Shown here: piece after piece, positions 18,407-28,472 of the stretch
Position numbering within the stretch: position 1 is the first letter of the stretch
How the letters are laid out: each line of letters opens with the position of its first letter
Source of the DNA: Candidatus Hydrogenedentota bacterium
GTDB lineage: Bacteria; Hydrogenedentota; Hydrogenedentia; Hydrogenedentales; SLHB01
DNA length: 64,000 nucleotides
NCBI GenBank assembly: GCA_963745075.1
Contig: CAVUWV010000014.1
Span: 192,001 to 256,000 of the forward strand
Reading direction: 5' to 3'
The notes under the pieces: model-generated
The model's input: only the letters and a program-made list of their open reading frames with translations
What the model was told of the DNA's origin: nothing
The model's database searches: none
Position numbers and translations under genes: made by a program

Positions 18407-19177
18407 ATGAATCGACGCAGACCTTCCGATAGCAGCGGACAGATCGCCGTCGTCTTTCTCCATCCCGCGTGCAACATGACGTGCACCTTCTGCGGGACGG
18501 AGAATGACATCGATTCCATGACGCCGGAACAGGCCTGGACGCTGTTTGATCGGATCAAGGGCCGCGGCTTCGGTAACGTCGTGCTCGGAGGGGGAGAGCC
18601 GTTCGCGTGGCCGCATGACGTTGTTTCTGCGGCAGAGGATGCGAAAGCGAACGGACTTTTTGTCCAAGTGGGCACGAATGGCATCGGCCTCCCGGCGGAC
18701 TTCGAAGCCTTGGACTGCATCGACCGCTACGTGCTTCCGCTCGACGGAGCGGACGCAGAAGGCCACAACGCCGTACGCATCACGCGAAACGGTCATTATG
18801 AACTCATTGTGAAGCGGCTGGAGACGCTCCGGCGGGCAAGAAAGTCAGTAACCGTCTCCACCGTCGTTACGTCGAGAAACGCGAACGACCTGGATCGAAT
18901 TGGGTCCTTCCTCGCCACGTATCATGAGTGGGGTGGCCAACTGCACGCCTGGCACCTTTATAAATTCCTGCCCATCGGCCGGGGCGGGCGCGAAAACGCC
19001 GACACCTTGTCCATCCCGGACGCCGATTACAACGCCGCCTGCGCGGTGGTCAAAGGCCGCGATCTTGGTTTCCCCGTGTACAAGCGCCAGGACATGCGCC
19101 ACTCCCGTCATGTCGATTTCTTTTGGTACGAGGGGGGGGCGCTCCGGATCGGTAGCGAGGTCTGGGAGTCTGCGTAA
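18407..19177 (+). CDS. radical SAM protein (no SPASM domain)
   Basis: CNMTCTFC, GGGEP, TNG, LDG motifs; 256 aa. Confidence 0.88.
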   Translation: MNRRRPSDSSGQIAVVFLHPACNMTCTFCGTENDIDSMTPEQAWTLFDRIKGRGFGNVVLGGGEPFAWPHDVVSAAEDAKANGLFVQVGTNGIGLPADFEALDCIDRYVLPLDGADAEGHNAVRITRNGHYELIVKRLETLRRARKSVTVSTVVTSRNANDLDRIGSFLATYHEWGGQLHAWHLYKFLPIGRGGRENADTLSIPDADYNAACAVVKGRDLGFPVYKRQDMRHSRHVDFFWYEGGALRIGSEVWESA

Positions 19178-19220
19178 CTGTCTTTATAAATTACACTTAG
19201 ATATGACTAGGGTATTTTTC

Positions 19221-19256
19221 TTGCAAATTGTATCAATGTATGATACAGTAATTGCA
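19221..19256 (+). promoter_or_regulatory. sigma70 promoter overlapped by a YtrA-type palindromic operator
   Basis: TTGCAA-N17-TACAGT; perfect palindrome TGTATCA-N5-TGATACA at 19229-19247. Confidence 0.7.
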
Positions 19257-19655
19257 ATGATTGCCATCGACCTCGATAGTCCCGTTCCCCTGGAGGAACA
19301 AGTCACCCAGGAGATTCGCGGCGCGCTCGCACGCGGCGACATCGCGTCCGGCGACGGTTTGCCCTCGGTCCGGCAATTGGCCGGGGACCTCGGGATCCAC
19401 TGGAACACGGTCGCCCGCGCCTACCGTCGCTTGCGTGACGAGGGACTCCTGGTAGTCGGCCGGGGACGCGGGGTGTACGTCAAAGATACGGCTCGCGATA
19501 CAGTCGTTCCGAGCCCGGAACGCCGGAAGAAAGTGTGCACCATCGTGCGCGACGCCGTGACCGAAGCGCGGCTCGCGGGGCTCGATTTGGATTCGTTCAA
19601 AGAACTCGTGGCTGACGAGATTCAGTTCTGGGAAGAGGGGAGGGCCAATCCATGA
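19257..19655 (+). CDS. GntR family regulator, YtrA subfamily
   Basis: IDLDSPVPLEEQV..GDGLPSVRQLAGDLGIHWNTVARAYRRL..GRGVYV plus short helical C-terminus. Confidence 0.92.
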   Translation: MIAIDLDSPVPLEEQVTQEIRGALARGDIASGDGLPSVRQLAGDLGIHWNTVARAYRRLRDEGLLVVGRGRGVYVKDTARDTVVPSPERRKKVCTIVRDAVTEARLAGLDLDSFKELVADEIQFWEEGRANP

Positions 19656-20534
19656 CCGGGATCTTCATGACTGTGTTTTTGATCTCCGCCGTCGCATTTC
19701 ATCTGCCCATCGCGCTCTGGTGGCAACGGCGGATGCTCTACCGCGTGGACGAACCGACGCGGCGCAGGGTTGCCGACGCCCTGCGTGCGCGGTGGCGGCG
19801 CTTCTACTTCGCCTATGGTTTCGCATTCGTCGGTGTCTTGGCGTGGCTCGCTTCGGATTGGTCCGAGATCGTATCGGGCCAGCGCAACGGCATCGTGGTC
19901 GGCGTGGCGCTGACCGTATTCCACGGCGTCTGGTGGCCCTTCCTCGCGCCGATCATCCAAGGACTCGAACAAGCCTTGCGCGAACAGGGCGTGCTCGCGA
20001 CCGGGCGTCCCGTCGAGTCCGGTCCGTGTCGCCACATTAAAGCCGCGCCGGGTTCGCGATTACCTGCCCGGCTGGAGTACGCCGGTCGAGATCGCGCTTT
20101 TGGCTGTCGGTGCCATCGTGCTCGGCTCACGATACCTGATGGCCGGTCAACTGGAGCCGCGACTGGTCATGGGCGCGGGCATCTTTGCGTTGACGGGACT
20201 CGTCATCGTCCTCGGCTACGGATTCTGGATACGCACGGAGACCCAACAGTCCTATGCCATGTTCAACGAAACCGCCACCGAGGAAGACATCGACGCCCAC
20301 CGCCGCTTTCGGGTCCGCCTGGTCTACGCCGGTCAATTGATCATGGCCGCCACGTTCTTCGCCGCCGCGGGTTTGTTCATCGAAGTCGGCCACGGCACCA
20401 TCACCGAATCATTGGCCGGTCTCATCGGCGGATCGCTTGGCGCGGTCGTCGGCCTGGCGGGCGGCGCCGCCGGTACCATCGCCAGCCTCCGCGCCGCCAA
20501 ACTGCAACGGACAAGACAATACCGCGAACCGTAA
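19652..20534 (+). pseudogene. membrane protein split by a +1 frameshift near 20010-20025 (or sequencing error)
   Basis: Three TM segments in the first frame continue as RVATLKPRRVRDYLPGW plus four TM segments in the next frame; start overlaps the GntR stop (ATGA). Confidence 0.7.
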
Positions 20535-20598
20535 CCGGTGAGGGGCACGGATGACGTGCGATATCGCGTTCGTGACGATTATCCAAGATCAGAAAAGA

Positions 20599-20756
20599 AC
20601 ATCCCCCTTGATCCCCCTTCAAAGGGGGAGTTTCCCATCCACGTTTATCGGCGAGCATGCTCTGTTCTTCCTGCGAACCGGATTTGCGGCATCCCAACAG
20701 CGCAACGCAAAGCGTTGCGATCGTTTCCCCCTTTGAAGGGGGATCGAGGGGGATGT
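20599..20756. mobile_element. REPIN/MITE-like inverted-repeat element, copy 2
   Basis: ACATCCCCCTTGATCCCCCTTCAAAGGGGGA ... TCCCCCTTTGAAGGGGGATCGAGGGGGATGT. Confidence 0.8.
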
Positions 20757-20829
20757 GAAATTCGTGAGGACACTATCGCAGCGGGAATCGCGTCTCCGGC
20801 ACCAATCCATCGCCCAGTATGATGACTTG

Positions 20830-21153
20830 TCAGTCATCGCCCGGCGGACGCCGGAGGGACTTCTTCTGTCCTTGCTTCTTCTTCTCCTCGATACGCCGGG
20901 CGCGGGCCGCACGCGACGGTTTTGTGCCGACGCGCCGCTTCGGACGCCGCCTGCGCGCGATGATGCGGCGCTCCAACTCGGCCAATGCTTCGGCTTTGTT
21001 CCGGTGCTGCGACCGCGACGCCGTCGCGACGACCACAATCCCCGTCGGCTTGTGCCGCACCCGCACAGAGGACTCGGTGACGTTCTTCTTCTGTCCACCG
21101 GGACCGCTGCTCTTAAAGAAGGTGATCTCGATTTCGTCTTCGGGTATGGGCAT
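20830..21153 (-). CDS. ArfB/YaeJ-like ribosome-rescue peptidyl-tRNA hydrolase (RF-1 domain)
   Basis: SSGPGGQKKN GGQ motif, RSQHRNK, long basic tail (TKPSRAARARRIEEKK). Confidence 0.85.
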   Translation of the reverse strand: MPIPEDEIEITFFKSSGPGGQKKNVTESSVRVRHKPTGIVVVATASRSQHRNKAEALAELERRIIARRRRPKRRVGTKPSRAARARRIEEKKKQGQKKSLRRPPGDD

Positions 21154-21200
21154 AAAAGGTATCAGCAAAGTTTGGGCGGTGGGCAAAGCGCAACAATTCG

Positions 21201-22490
21201 TCAAATCCTTCTCAATAGGCTCGAAACGGCCCACGGGGTCCCGACACGATGGTGTCCGGTGAGGGTCCATTTCCTGACGGTAGGTCCACCCATCAAGTAT
21301 ACATACAGGGTTATGCCGAACGCCGTCGCGAGGGCGATATTAAACGAGAAACCAATCAGGGTCAAAACGCTATACACAAGCGGGCCCATGAATGGTGCGA
21401 TCAGCGGCGTCACAAAAACGTGATCGTACTTCGGAATAATTAGACGCCCTGTGGCAATGCGTCCGAAAGGCGTAATCGGGCTACGAAGCATGCCGCAGTA
21501 AGCGAGCAATCGCACGATCGTGCAAATGAAAGAGTACAAAAGAAGGACACCAACACCCGCAGCCTGGCTTTCGATATCCTCCGCGCTCGGTAGCAGCAAA
21601 AGCACAGCGAGTGTCCATGCGAACATAAGAGAAGATACTGCGGCCGCTATTCGGCCAAGCGATGATCGTGGAGTATTGTGTGGAGCCAACGCTGCGAGCG
21701 GCCAGCCAATCGTGTCGGGGTCTCCACCGAAGATGGTACGGCCTGTGTTGCGGTTACCGCCTGCGCCCATGTTCGGATTTGCTTGTCGTGCCGATGCATA
21801 TGGTCCAGATGACGGAAAGCCACAGGCAAGAAGCAATCGAACTGAGTTTAAGGTTTGTTGAGATGGGAGAGATTCATCGACGCTGGTCGGGTCCAGTGTC
21901 CGTACGAGCGATCTTCTCGATAGCGCGAATAGCAGGAGTTCGACAACGAACACCGGCAATGACCAACTCCAAAAACCCACGACGATGGCCAATCCGAAAC
22001 AGACAATCCACGTTACGAAGTATTGTCTTCCCTTAAGTAGGCAGATGGCCGTTATTGCGAGGTAGCCGCCCAAGAATGTTGCCGCCCCGGTCAGAACGTC
22101 CAAGTACGGAGACAAGAAGAACAAAAGAGAAAACAGTACGACAAATACGGCGTCGCGCCAGTCGAGCTCGACCGGACCCAAGGGCAACGGTTGGGTCGTA
22201 TCATAAGGCGTAGCCGCCAACCACGAACGGTAGTCCTCATCGAAGTAGGGGTGGAACGAGATTACCCGGTGCGTCCCATAAAGCAGCATCGCAATCAATA
22301 GAGTCGCAATGGCTGCAATTGAAATGTGTGTAGCACGCTCTGCAACAAACTCCGGTGAAAAGTAGATCGCTCTATCGGTCAGTTCATGCAACACCACGAC
22401 TTGCGAGACGGCTAGGAAGCTAAATGGAGCGGCTACGGCAAGCCAGTAGATGAAATTTCGCGGCCACAGTTCGAAAAACTTCCGGATCAT
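21201..22490 (-). CDS. multi-pass membrane protein, putative ABC permease (paralog 1)
   Basis: Many TM segments; start overlaps the ATPase stop; family motifs FHP...WL..TPY...PLPLGP, GWPLA.L.P, GRLIIP.YD, W.L.G..R. Confidence 0.75.
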   Translation of the reverse strand: MIRKFFELWPRNFIYWLAVAAPFSFLAVSQVVVLHELTDRAIYFSPEFVAERATHISIAAIATLLIAMLLYGTHRVISFHPYFDEDYRSWLAATPYDTTQPLPLGPVELDWRDAVFVVLFSLLFFLSPYLDVLTGAATFLGGYLAITAICLLKGRQYFVTWIVCFGLAIVVGFWSWSLPVFVVELLLFALSRRSLVRTLDPTSVDESLPSQQTLNSVRLLLACGFPSSGPYASARQANPNMGAGGNRNTGRTIFGGDPDTIGWPLAALAPHNTPRSSLGRIAAAVSSLMFAWTLAVLLLLPSAEDIESQAAGVGVLLLYSFICTIVRLLAYCGMLRSPITPFGRIATGRLIIPKYDHVFVTPLIAPFMGPLVYSVLTLIGFSFNIALATAFGITLYVYLMGGPTVRKWTLTGHHRVGTPWAVSSLLRRI

Positions 22491-23266
22491 TTCTGCTGCG
22501 CCTCCAGATACCGGTCGATGTTGGCCAGGGTGTCGGCATGCATGAAGTGGGCGAGGATGTCCTGAAGGTCGCCGGTGGCGGAGGTCATGGTACGGAGACC
22601 CTCGATGGTGTCGCAGGCGACAAGTTCGCCGTCGCGGAGGATGGCAATGCGGTGGGCCACTTCCTGCACGATTTCGGGGACGGGCGTCGTCATGAGGACG
22701 GTGATATCGCGGCGTTCGGCGAGGCGTTGCATGACCCGTTTCAAGGCGAGCAGCGCGGCGGGGTCGAGGCCGCCGGAGAACGGTTCGTCCAACAAAAGTA
22801 CCGGCGCGTCGCTGATCAGCGCGGAACAGATGGAAATCTTCTTCTGCTGCCCGGTCGAGTAGGAACTAATGGGCGCGTCTCCGTGTTCGTCGAGGTCGAA
22901 CAAAGCGAGCAACCGGTCGATGTGATCGAAGAGCCGGTCGTAGTCGACACTGTACAGACGCCCGACCGCGAGCAGGAATTCGCGGCCCGTCTTCTGTACC
23001 GGTAGCCACGGATGGTCCGGCAAGTAGAACACCTTGCGGCGGATGGCGAGTTCGGCGTCCTCGGAACTGCGGCGGCGCAGCCCGTCGATCTCGACGTAGC
23101 CCTTCTGCGGCGCCAAGGCCCCGGCGATGGACGCCAAGAGCGTGCTCTTGCCCATGCCGTTGGGCCCCATCAACGCCACGAACTCGCCCGTCTCGATGTC
23201 CAGGTCGATGTTCCGCAGCACGGGACGCACCCCGTAATGCTGGGTCAGGTTTACGGCCTTGATCAT
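22487..23266 (-). CDS. ABC transporter ATP-binding protein
   Basis: Walker A GPNGMGKST, signature YSTGQQKK, Walker B LLLDEP. Confidence 0.95.
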   Translation of the reverse strand: MIKAVNLTQHYGVRPVLRNIDLDIETGEFVALMGPNGMGKSTLLASIAGALAPQKGYVEIDGLRRRSSEDAELAIRRKVFYLPDHPWLPVQKTGREFLLAVGRLYSVDYDRLFDHIDRLLALFDLDEHGDAPISSYSTGQQKKISICSALISDAPVLLLDEPFSGGLDPAALLALKRVMQRLAERRDITVLMTTPVPEIVQEVAHRIAILRDGELVACDTIEGLRTMTSATGDLQDILAHFMHADTLANIDRYLEAQQK

Positions 23267-23329
23267 GTTCCGTGAGTCGATTCTACGGCTGACTCCCAGT
23301 TGCCGAGGCGTACGATCGTGCGATCTTTA

Positions 23330-24618
23330 TCAAAACCGCTGCATATACCCCCGGGCACCAAGCGCGCCGGTCAGGCGATAGTGGCCCGTGAGAATCCAGT
23401 TCCGAAGCGTCGGTGGACCGGCAATCATATTGAGAGTGCAAGCAAACACCGTGATGCCCACGGCCCACGCAATGGACAGTCCCATATTCTCAAGTAGAAC
23501 CGTGCCGCACAGGCCAACCAACGGCAATAGGCAAGGTGTTACAAGAACCCGGTCGAAACCCCAGCGGATTGGCTTTCCGCCGAGTATACGACCCAATACG
23601 CTGATGTGTGGCCACGAACAGGACACGTAGAGTAGGGTCCGCACCAGCGCGAGTATCGACGCGAAAAGAAAGACGCCCAGTTCGGGTCTGAACGGGCCGA
23701 GATGGGAAAACCAGTGGACCGGGACGTGAACGAGAATGGCGACGATCCATAGCGACATCACGGAGCCGACAGCCATGGCCGCTCGAGGGGACTGGAACGT
23801 GTCGTCAATGCTCACAGGACCCAAGATCGCCAGCGGCCAGCCGACTTCGAGCCCGTAATCGAATGGCAGCAGGTTGGCCTCGCGGTTGGCGGGATTGATC
23901 GAACGCGCGTACTCGACGCGCTGCCGCCGCTGCGCCGCAGTCTTCATCTTCTCGCTCCTGAGTCCAATGATGCGTAGCGATCGGAAAGCAGACTCCGCAC
24001 GGGTGGATATGCCGGTCAGGACATCGGGTCGTATGGAGGTTCGAATAGTCGAGCTGAAAGCGCATAGACTCCCACCAGTAATGCGGATGATAGGAGCGGA
24101 CGGTTCATAAATGCGACGCTTGCGGCGAGCGCAATACCAATCAGCCACGCTGCGCGATACATACCAAGCGGGTAGAAGATGTAGTCCATCGTGGCCAGGT
24201 ATCCAAAGAGAAAGAGCAATACGCCGGCGTAGAGCGGAACCCATTCGCTGCCCAGAAGAAGAAAGGAGATAGTAATGACAAACACCCCGTCTCGCCACGC
24301 GATGAGTAGGGGCCCCTTAGGCAGCCGTTCTACCGAGTATGGGGTATGCACGAGCCATTCGCGATACCGTTTGCTCGTGCCCGGATGAAATTGTAGTGCG
24401 CGATAGAAACCGAAATACCCGAGGATCAGTAGGGCGGTGCCAACCGGGAAGACCAAAACGGGTTGCCGTACATCCCGAGGAACGCCCCATTCCTCGTGCA
24501 AAATCCCGAGAGAAGCCGCGATACCAAGTGTCGCGCAAAGCCAGAACCGCCAGCCCTTCGGCCACGTTTCAACGAACCAACGGAGCTGTCTTCGCAGCCG
24601 TGTGCGTCTCGCGTTCAT
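23330..24618 (-). pseudogene. putative ABC permease paralog 2, frameshifted near 24046
   Basis: N-half (FHPG..WLVHTPY..LPKGP) and C-half (GWPLAILGP..FDRVLVTP..WILTGHYR) lie in different frames; both halves match paralogs 1 and 3. Confidence 0.75.
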
Positions 24619-24654
24619 TCGCCTGTACTTCTTCCGTTATTCATTTAAGCGCCA

Positions 24655-26019
24655 TTACCCGGTAGGTAGCTCCTCTTGATCCAGCGATTGCTGCCCCCGG
24701 CTGAACTCCACTCGATACCGTCCCCGGAGTATCCAAGGCCTCGGCCGAGGGGGACTATAGAAAACCAGATACCAACAAGCGGCAAGGGATATGCTCAAAC
24801 CCAGCGCTACGCTCGCACCGACGAGTTGGAGTGCGGGCATGAGAATCCACGGCAATACGACCGCGAGCACTGTAAACACGAAGAGCTTATCGTATCCGGG
24901 GATGATAAGCCTGCCGGTACCGAAACGGCCGAGGAAGCTGAGTGGCGGTTTGGTGATTGGGATATATCGGTTAAGCACCAACGCCCCGACGACGGCCGCT
25001 CCGCCGCTCAGCAGGGCCGGCGGCAACCATGGCAGGTCTGCAATCAATGACCAGTCGAAATGATGCGACAGCGCGAATCCCCATAGTCCTACCAGAAACG
25101 TATTGGCAATGCGGTGGGTCAGGGGTGTGTCATCTGGCAGGATACAGGGACCGAGAATTGCCAAAGGCCAGCCGACGTTGGACGTATCGCGAGGATCGGT
25201 GTCGCTCTTCGGTACCTCATCCGCGTCCACGCGTCGCCGAACTCGGCGAGAAACGCCTGCAAATACTGACGCAGGTTCCGCGGCGTATTGCCCTGTTTCT
25301 TTCATGTCCTGATAGAGAAGGTAGGCGTCTTCCAGATCCGGATCGCTGACTATCGCATCGATTGCCGGTCTGCGGAGGGATAGTTGCAAGAGCACCCGCA
25401 CCAATACGTAGAGTCCCAATATCAGAATTCCTGCCAGCCATGTAATGTGCACGATGGCGACCACCAGACCCAACAAGCCGATAATTACGCGTGCCCAGTT
25501 CTCGGAAATGGCGGTTTGCACCACGCCGATGGACAGCACGATGTACCCGGCGAGTACGATTATCGCCGCGCCATACCACGGCACCCAAGGCGTGAAGCGC
25601 GTGCACAGCGAAACGAGTACGAGGAACGGGAGGTCCCAGCCACCGAGATAAACCGGACCCAGCGGCAACGGTTGCTTGCCCGTGTAGGGTGTCAGCGAAA
25701 GCCATGCAAGGTAGGGGCCGTGAAAGCCCGGGTGGAACGCATAGATCCGGCGCGTCCCATAGAAGAATGCGGCAATGATCACGAAGGCTGTGGCCCAGCG
25801 GCTGTCCACGGACGACGGTAGACGGACGATTTCCGGCCAGATTTCCGACGGGCCAAGATAGTACACTTCTGAAAAGATCGTGGCTTTGCGCAGCACCGCA
25901 AAGGTGCCGACGATGAGCAGGACTCCCCAGTAGTACATCGATCCCGGCCACAGCTCGAAAACTTTCCGCAGCACGAAACGTGGCCCGTAATACCGGGTCA
26001 GGTGGAGGACTTTGATCAT
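24655..26019 (-). CDS. putative ABC permease paralog 3
   Basis: Same motif set as paralog 1 (FELWP, FHPGF..WLSLTPY..PLPLGP, GWPLAILGP, GRLIIPGYD). Confidence 0.8.
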   Translation of the reverse strand: MIKVLHLTRYYGPRFVLRKVFELWPGSMYYWGVLLIVGTFAVLRKATIFSEVYYLGPSEIWPEIVRLPSSVDSRWATAFVIIAAFFYGTRRIYAFHPGFHGPYLAWLSLTPYTGKQPLPLGPVYLGGWDLPFLVLVSLCTRFTPWVPWYGAAIIVLAGYIVLSIGVVQTAISENWARVIIGLLGLVVAIVHITWLAGILILGLYVLVRVLLQLSLRRPAIDAIVSDPDLEDAYLLYQDMKETGQYAAEPASVFAGVSRRVRRRVDADEVPKSDTDPRDTSNVGWPLAILGPCILPDDTPLTHRIANTFLVGLWGFALSHHFDWSLIADLPWLPPALLSGGAAVVGALVLNRYIPITKPPLSFLGRFGTGRLIIPGYDKLFVFTVLAVVLPWILMPALQLVGASVALGLSISLAACWYLVFYSPPRPRPWILRGRYRVEFSRGQQSLDQEELPTG

Positions 26020-26075
26020 GTACCACTACCCCCTGTAACGGTTGAAACCAGCCTAGGCGAGGCAGAGGCGGGAAT

Positions 26076-26876
26076 TCAATCAGGAAGCGGTGGATTGTTC
26101 TCAAGTTTCCGGCACAGGCGAAAGCTGAAGACCGGCAACGCAACCAGCACGATGGCCGTCATGACAAGAAGAAGGCACACGACGCTAAACTCTACTATCG
26201 ACTTTGATTTGGAAATGCCCAAAATCATGGAGCAAAACAAACCGCCGCCGAACAGCATGAAAAGAGAGGTTGCCAAAGTAATTGCAACCCGAGGAAAGTG
26301 CCGTGCAGCTATCATCATCCCGAGGACGACTAACGCGAAAGCAGCCAGGGATACCAACGTTATGGGCGGCGGCGAGGCCGCGGCAATACCGATTGCCAGA
26401 CCGGCCAATACATACAACGCGAGGATAGAGGAGAAGGGATTGCGGATTGCTGCGATGTAATCGCACTCTGATACCGTCAGGTACACTCGCCGATACTCAT
26501 CGTGAGCGGCACGTGCGTCGCCCAAGAAAGTCATTGCTTGACGGTGTGCCTCCGCCGCGGAAACACCTTCAGATTCCATGCGCGTTACAACTTCACTGTA
26601 TTCTCGCCGAATTTGCTTTGTGACCGCACGTACGCCTCCGATTCCAAGGGATTTTGTCACGTCGATCCAGCCATCTGCTACATCGGGATGGTCCGGCGAA
26701 AGGCAGAAGGGGCGCTCCTTTTTTGAATACAGGAGCCTTTGGGCAAACAATGGCATGCTCAACAACCGCATAAGACGCTCGCGAATTCCGGGCGCACTCC
26801 GCTTTACGGAATCTGCAACCATGGTGTTCCCCACAATTCCTAATACAAGTATAGGGGTACACCGTCTGGTTGTCAA
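26076..26876 (-). CDS. membrane protein with HAAS/permease-prefix-like helical N-domain
   Basis: EGVSAAEAHRQAMTFLGDARAA motif followed by ~4 TM segments; start uncertain. Confidence 0.55.
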   Translation of the reverse strand: MTTRRCTPILVLGIVGNTMVADSVKRSAPGIRERLMRLLSMPLFAQRLLYSKKERPFCLSPDHPDVADGWIDVTKSLGIGGVRAVTKQIRREYSEVVTRMESEGVSAAEAHRQAMTFLGDARAAHDEYRRVYLTVSECDYIAAIRNPFSSILALYVLAGLAIGIAAASPPPITLVSLAAFALVVLGMMIAARHFPRVAITLATSLFMLFGGGLFCSMILGISKSKSIVEFSVVCLLLVMTAIVLVALPVFSFRLCRKLENNPPLPD

Positions 26877-28343
26877 TGGACGGACCGACTGATCGTCAGA
26901 TCGTTTGTTTCATACCGATGCTGCCGGCCGTCGGGGGCGTTGGGTTCGGTTTGGGGCGGGGGATCGTTGTGATGCAGCCGCAGCAGCGATTTCATCTTGG
27001 ATGAAATCTCCGGGTGCGCGTCCGCCACGTTGTGTTGCTCGCCGATGTCGTTGTCGAGGTCGTAGAGCTCAAAGTCCGCGTCGAGACCGGGGTAAATCGC
27101 TTTCCACTTCCCCATACGGCCGGCGCTCTGAACATTCTCGCCCCAGAGTTCCCAGTACATGAACTCGTGCTCATCCTGTCGCGTGGCCGGCTGCATCCGC
27201 GCCGACGAGCGTGGGCACGATGGAGAGGCCGTCGATGCCGCCCGGCACCGCGTCCGTCGCGCCGCCAAGTTCCGCCAGCGTCGGCATGACGTCGCAGAAG
27301 TACCAGGGCAAGGCGCTTTCCGTCCCCGGTGCGATATGACCCGGCCAGCGCGCGATGGCCGGGATGCGGATGCCGCCTTCGTACAAGGTGCCCTTGTATT
27401 CGCGCAACGGACCGTTTGCCTTGAAGAACTCCGGTTCCGCGACGGAATAGCGGTCCGCGCCGTTGTCGGACGTGAAAATGACCAGCGTGTTGTCATCGAT
27501 ACCCAGTTCTTTCAGCAGCGCCATGATCTGCCCGACACCGTCGTCCATGCGCGTGATCATGGCGGCCATGTTGGCCTTGGGTTCATCGGGGAAGGCATAG
27601 CCCTGCCGCCACCGGAACCGCGGAGGATGTTCGTCGAAGGTGCCGGAGTATTCCTCGAGCGAGTCCTCGGGCGCGATCCACTCGTGATGAGGAATCGTGA
27701 GCGACAAATAGCAGAAGAAGGGGTTGGCGTGATTGCCACGAATAAAGTCCATCGACTTCTGCAAGATCACGTCGTGAGAGTACTGCTCTTTCTGGCCGTG
27801 CGTGTTGCCGGGCAGCGGATAGGGCTCCCCGTTGTGCCAGAGGTAATCCGTGTAGTAGAAGTGGGCGTGTTTCTGGTGCAAGTAGCCAAGAAACTCGTCA
27901 AACCCCTGCTTGTTCGGCACCCCCTCCGTTTCCGCATCGCCGAGGCCCCATTTGCCGAAGACGCCCGTCGTGTATCCCGCAGACTTCAACACTTCCGCCG
28001 TGGTGACGTACTCATCCGGCATCGCAATACCACCGCTGTTGCCGCGCACGGGCGTGTGGCCGCAGTGGTAGCCCGTCATGAGCACGCTCCGCGACGGCGC
28101 ACAGAGCGAGCAGCCCGCATAGGCTTGCGTGAAGCGCAAGCCCTCTTTGGCCAGCCGGTCGATGTTGGGCGTGTGGATATGCTGTTGCCCATAACAGCCG
28201 AGGTGGCCATAGCCCAGGTCATCCGCCATGATGAAGATAATGTTCGGCCGTTCGGCGTTCGACTGCCCCAGGGCCTGCGCGTTCAAACCCGCGGCTGCAA
28301 AGGCCGCCGCACCGGTAGTCTTCAAAAAGTCACGTCGATTCAT
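26873..28343 (-). pseudogene. arylsulfatase (Cys-type, Tat) with +1 frameshift near 27180
   Basis: NRRDFLK Tat motif, ADDLGYG, CAPSRSVLMTG, GKWGLG; the sulfatase C-terminus (HEFMYWE..RMGKWK..ELYDLDNDIGE) is in another frame. Confidence 0.85.
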
Positions 28344-28472
28344 GGCTCCTCCTCGACAGGTTGGACAATAGGACTCTTGTACATGCCGCTCGAGGGTTGA
28401 GTCAATTCGTAGTTGCACAACCCCCAAGCCAGGAGGACCACAGGTGCCCTCACCTGTGGTCTTCCGTTGAAT

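Noticed and set aside
18407..19177. Calling the radical SAM a viperin or an anaerobic sulfatase maturase
   Set aside because: It lacks the viperin NYH motif before CxxxCxxC and the SPASM cysteines required for anSME, despite nearby sulfatases
20005..27200. Programmed ribosomal frameshifting at the three split genes
   Set aside because: No slippery heptamer or stimulatory structure is evident, and the shifts go in different directions
27159..28400. Long antisense ORFs (this one, 35517-36650, 44032-45150, 52157-53146 and similar)
   Set aside because: Shadow frames opposite well-supported genes in GC-rich DNA, with no recognisable motifs
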